Assembly: GCA_030167865.1 (NCBI GenBank)
Contig: JALAGF010002407.1
Span: forward strand, 1 to 64,000
Origin: Craspedostauros australis
Lineage: Eukaryota
Direction: 5' to 3'
Length of the DNA stretch: 64,000 nucleotides
Shown here in pieces: positions 60,801-64,000 of the stretch (the first letter of the stretch is position 1; each line of letters begins with the position of its first letter). A program made the position numbers and the translations under genes. Under the pieces are notes generated by a model that saw nothing but the letters and a program-made list of their open reading frames with translations, was not told the origin of the DNA and searched no databases.

Positions 60801-62464
60801 TGCTTCCAGCAGTCGCCTTCCAGCTGAATACCTACGGAGCATTCCAGATGTTCAAGACCCTCTTGCACCGTCTCGAGAGCGAGCAGGTTGCCGAGTTCCC
60901 CGAATACCGCAAGGACCTCATCAAGCTCGCCCGTGAGAAGGCGCAGTTGAGAAAGGTGGCCGCTGGAAAGGCCGATCGCAAGAATGCGGCTGAGGAAGAG
61001 GAGGACGCCAAGTCCGGCTTCGTGGATGAATCCCTCATCAAGGAGGACACCACTCGCCCACACGAGAAGTTCGTCCTCACCCCAGCAGGCAAGCGGATAA
61101 ACTACAGCGAAGTCGAGGGCATCATCGCCGACATGAAGAAGTCCGGAGAAGATGTCGACATCAACCACGCCCTGATCCGTGGCCTCCGTCGTGGTATCGC
61201 CATCTACACCCAGGAGGTCGGATTCTCGTGCTACCGCCGTCAGGTGCAGATGCTTGCCCAGCAGGGCCGTTTGGCCGTCGTGTTCTCCGATGAAGCCTTG
61301 GCCTACGGTGTGAACATGCCATTCCGTTCCTGCATCTTCTGCGGTGATATGGGTGACGACTTGACCCCGTTGATCGCGCAGCAGATGCAAGGCCGCGCTG
61401 GACGCCGTGGTATGGACGTCCAGGGCAACATCGTCTACCTCGGCATGGACTGGCCGTACATCGAGAACCTCATGTTGGGTCAGATCAGCCAGGTTACCGG
61501 CAAGGAGCCGCGCTACCCCCTCATGGCGTTGCAGCAGCTTCTCGCAGCTTCCAACGATCCAAACGATACCAAGCACTTCGCTCACGACGAAGAGGAGAAG
61601 GAGAAGTTCGCCTTCGCCATTCGCCGCATGCAGAAGAACTTCAAGTGCTTCCCGTACGTCACCGAACAGCAGATGCAGTGGATGGCCGGCAGCACCTTGG
61701 GCGACTTCTGCGAAAGCAAGACACCCGACAACTACCTTGGTTTGTCGAAGAAGGTCCTCCACAACCTCGGCTACATCCACGAAGATGGAACCCTGGCCAT
61801 GGATCACAACGCCATGACCATGGTGTGGGAGCTGCACGAGTACGGACCGGTCGCCAACCATTTGTGCGCCGTGCTTGACCAGCTGTACCTCCGCTTCGCC
61901 TTCCAGAAGCAAAAGCAGTTCCGCGAGAGCGATGCGACCCAAAACAGCTTCCTCGCTGTGCTCATTCACGTGGTCGACCGTCATCCAGCGAAGGAGGGTG
62001 AAAACAATCTCCAGGAACTCCTGCGCATCACCCCCTCTGATGACGGAAAGGTCGACGAGGATGCGCAAGCCATGTGGTCTGACACCGAGAAGATCCTCCA
62101 ACAGCAGAAGGAGCTCATCGACAGCATGGACATCCCGGACGAAGAGAAGGCCAAGATGCACCTGGAGTTGCCTCCCGGAGACGATGCCGTCGGACCACTC
62201 CTCGACACCGGAGTGTACGAGATGCTCGTGTCCAAGCAGAAGGGCTTCGCCGAGGGCCAAGACATCGAACGTCGCAACGAGCTGAAGAACCGCGTCGTGC
62301 GCCTTGGTCACGTGTGCCGCATCGCACACAACAACATCCAGCAGCCGCATGGAAATTACGCCGAGCTCGAGGTGCTTTTCCGTAAGCTGTTCCAGAACAT
62401 CAAGTACAGTGTCGCTGACATGATGAAGCAGCTCACTGACCAGCACGATGTCACCGAAGTCTAA
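57871..62464 (+). CDS. DDX60-like (Ski2-family) DExH RNA helicase, ~1256 aa; exons 57871-58065, 58889-62464
   Basis: LEDWQ, SAVVCAPTSSGKT, DEVH, LALSATIGN, LAYGVNMPFRS and QMQGRAGRRGMD. An 823-nt phase-0 GT-AG intron joins DGIDK|TFDRE. Confidence 0.88.
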
Positions 62465-63022
62465 ATTTGCACCGTTGTGGACTACCTACATATGATACGC
62501 ATGGTACTCGTACTCGTACGAGCCGTGGTACATTGGGAGATGGGGTTCTTAGGTACTCTGTGCTCCATACGACGTGCCCGCACACAAGATTAATCTTCCC
62601 TCTCGAGAGAGAGAAAATGATAGCAGAGCAACACTTGTCAGTTCATCTGAGTGTGCTGTATGAACTGTGGTAGCTGTTGCGTCGGCACTGGAGGTTGTGC
62701 GCGCAAAGGCAGACCCTTGATGAGGACCGCACCATGAACTCTGGTTGCAACTGAGCCATCGGACGCCGTCCCGTTTGTTCTCTTGCAAGATTCTGAATGG
62801 CCACTGCAGCGCTTCGGTCATGTCGGAGGATCTCTCTCGTACAATGCATGCTAATACGAGTAGATTAGAGTAGGAAAGGGCCGCAATGATCGAAATTGGA
62901 CATTACGAGGATGGCACCACGTATCATACTAATACTCTACAAGTTTACTGCTGGTCCCATCACATACGAATACAGTCCACTCCAGCCCCCTTGTCCGTCG
63001 ACCGACCCAACAGATGGGGACT

Positions 63023-64000
63023 TCAGCGCTTGTAGGTTGCCAGCGACAGGATGATGAAGAGCTCCAGGAAGACCGATTGGAGGAGGACGAACCAGGCCCC
63101 GATCAACGGTTCCCCAACGATCGACAGGCACGGCTCCTCCGTGACGTCATGGAAATGGGAGCACAGCTTGGTGGGCTCTTGGTTGATGACGTAGTCGACG
63201 ACGGGAGCAAATCCCATCGATCCCGCGAAGACGCTGACGGCGAAGACCATGCCGCAGAGCATCGGGTGTATGCAGGAAAGGACGGTGCGGCAGAGGTTGG
63301 AGTAGTCGGGATCCATGGTCCACACGCCGATCGCCAAGCCGGTCGCGACGAGCGGGAGGATGTAGACGGTGAGGACGAGGACGACCTCGAGGATGAGCAT
63401 CTGGTACACCGCCGTGCCGGCATCAGAAGCGCGTTGACCGACTAATGCTGGGAACTCCCAGAAGGCGACGTGGAAGACTACGTCGTCCATGTAATCGGCC
63501 GCCAAACCTCCGTACCACACCTCGTACATGGGCAGGAAGAGCGCAGGGAGCCATGCGAGGCACGCGAGCAGGCCAATTTGAAAGACGATGAAGGAATGGC
63601 AGCCCTGGAAGCTGCAGCACATTCCAGATGCGTCGCTGCCATTGCGATTGCCATCGGTGTCGCTGTCCATGTCCCCGAGCAACGGTGCGGCATGTTCGTC
63701 GCCGACCAAGCGTGGTGATCGGCGATTCTGCCACGGTAGCTGGAAGGCGCTGGCGGGCGGGATGCCGCGCCCCTCCGTCGTGGTGCGGCCGATGTACAGC
63801 AGCCGCAACCCGCTGCGATATCCCGCGATCCTGAGAACGACGAAGACCCCCAGGGCGCAGAACATGCCCAGCGCGTAGGCCATGATTCCGCCCTGAGTCT
63901 TGTTGTAGAGAACGAGAGTCGTGTCCTCCGTCTCGAGAGTTATGGAGGACATGCCGACGTCCAGGACCATGAGGATGAAGAGCGCCAGCAGGGAGAAACG
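63023..64000 (-). CDS. C-terminal part of a multi-pass membrane protein (possibly PqiA-like); starts beyond the window
   Basis: Open frame from the window edge to the stop at 63023, with about 6 hydrophobic helices and GC3-rich codons. Confidence 0.7.
   Translation of the reverse strand, partial: RFSLLALFILMVLDVGMSSITLETEDTTLVLYNKTQGGIMAYALGMFCALGVFVVLRIAGYRSGLRLLYIGRTTTEGRGIPPASAFQLPWQNRRSPRLVGDEHAAPLLGDMDSDTDGNRNGSDASGMCCSFQGCHSFIVFQIGLLACLAWLPALFLPMYEVWYGGLAADYMDDVVFHVAFWEFPALVGQRASDAGTAVYQMLILEVVLVLTVYILPLVATGLAIGVWTMDPDYSNLCRTVLSCIHPMLCGMVFAVSVFAGSMGFAPVVDYVINQEPTKLCSHFHDVTEEPCLSIVGEPLIGAWFVLLQSVFLELFIILSLATYKR

Noticed and set aside
59498-62446. 982-aa antisense ORF opposite the helicase
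   Set aside because: Shadow ORF from strong GC3 codon bias on the coding strand; no motifs and typical L/V/G-rich mirror composition.

Overview
Gene-dense eukaryotic nuclear DNA, most likely from a diatom or another ochrophyte. The evidence is GT-AG introns, bipartite ASAFAP-type plastid presequences, a nuclear-encoded sigma-70 factor and ALB3, and many microsatellites. I can support about 21 protein-coding genes, with exon junctions reconstructed by hand so that frame is kept, plus one tRNA-Ser(AGA). In order they are: a glycine-zipper PspA/VIPP1-like protein, a prolyl oligopeptidase homolog, a plastid sigma factor, ALB3/YidC, Sec66/Sec71, soluble pyrophosphatase, a GNB1L/ASA1-like WD40 protein, a TauE/SafE transporter, a double-domain MAPR, a 2H phosphodiesterase, a RING-H2 E3, a UBC1/UBE2K E2, a PAP2 phosphatase, a START-like protein, an 8-repeat beta-propeller, CPSF73, a VRF/RGLE-motif protein, a rubredoxin-like protein, two tandem secretory 2OG-Fe(II) oxygenase-ankyrin paralogs flanking the tRNA, a DDX60-like helicase and a partial membrane protein. 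About 11 kb (38.3-49.1 kb) holds only one convincing gene. The most notable observations are the oxygenase-ankyrin pair, which shares no intron positions; a prolyl oligopeptidase with its catalytic His replaced by Asn; the glycine-zipper PspA/ESCRT-III-like plastid protein; the DDX60-like helicase; and a head-to-head E3/E2 pair. No CRISPR array, rRNA or intact transposon was seen. All family assignments come from motif recognition by eye, not from database searches.
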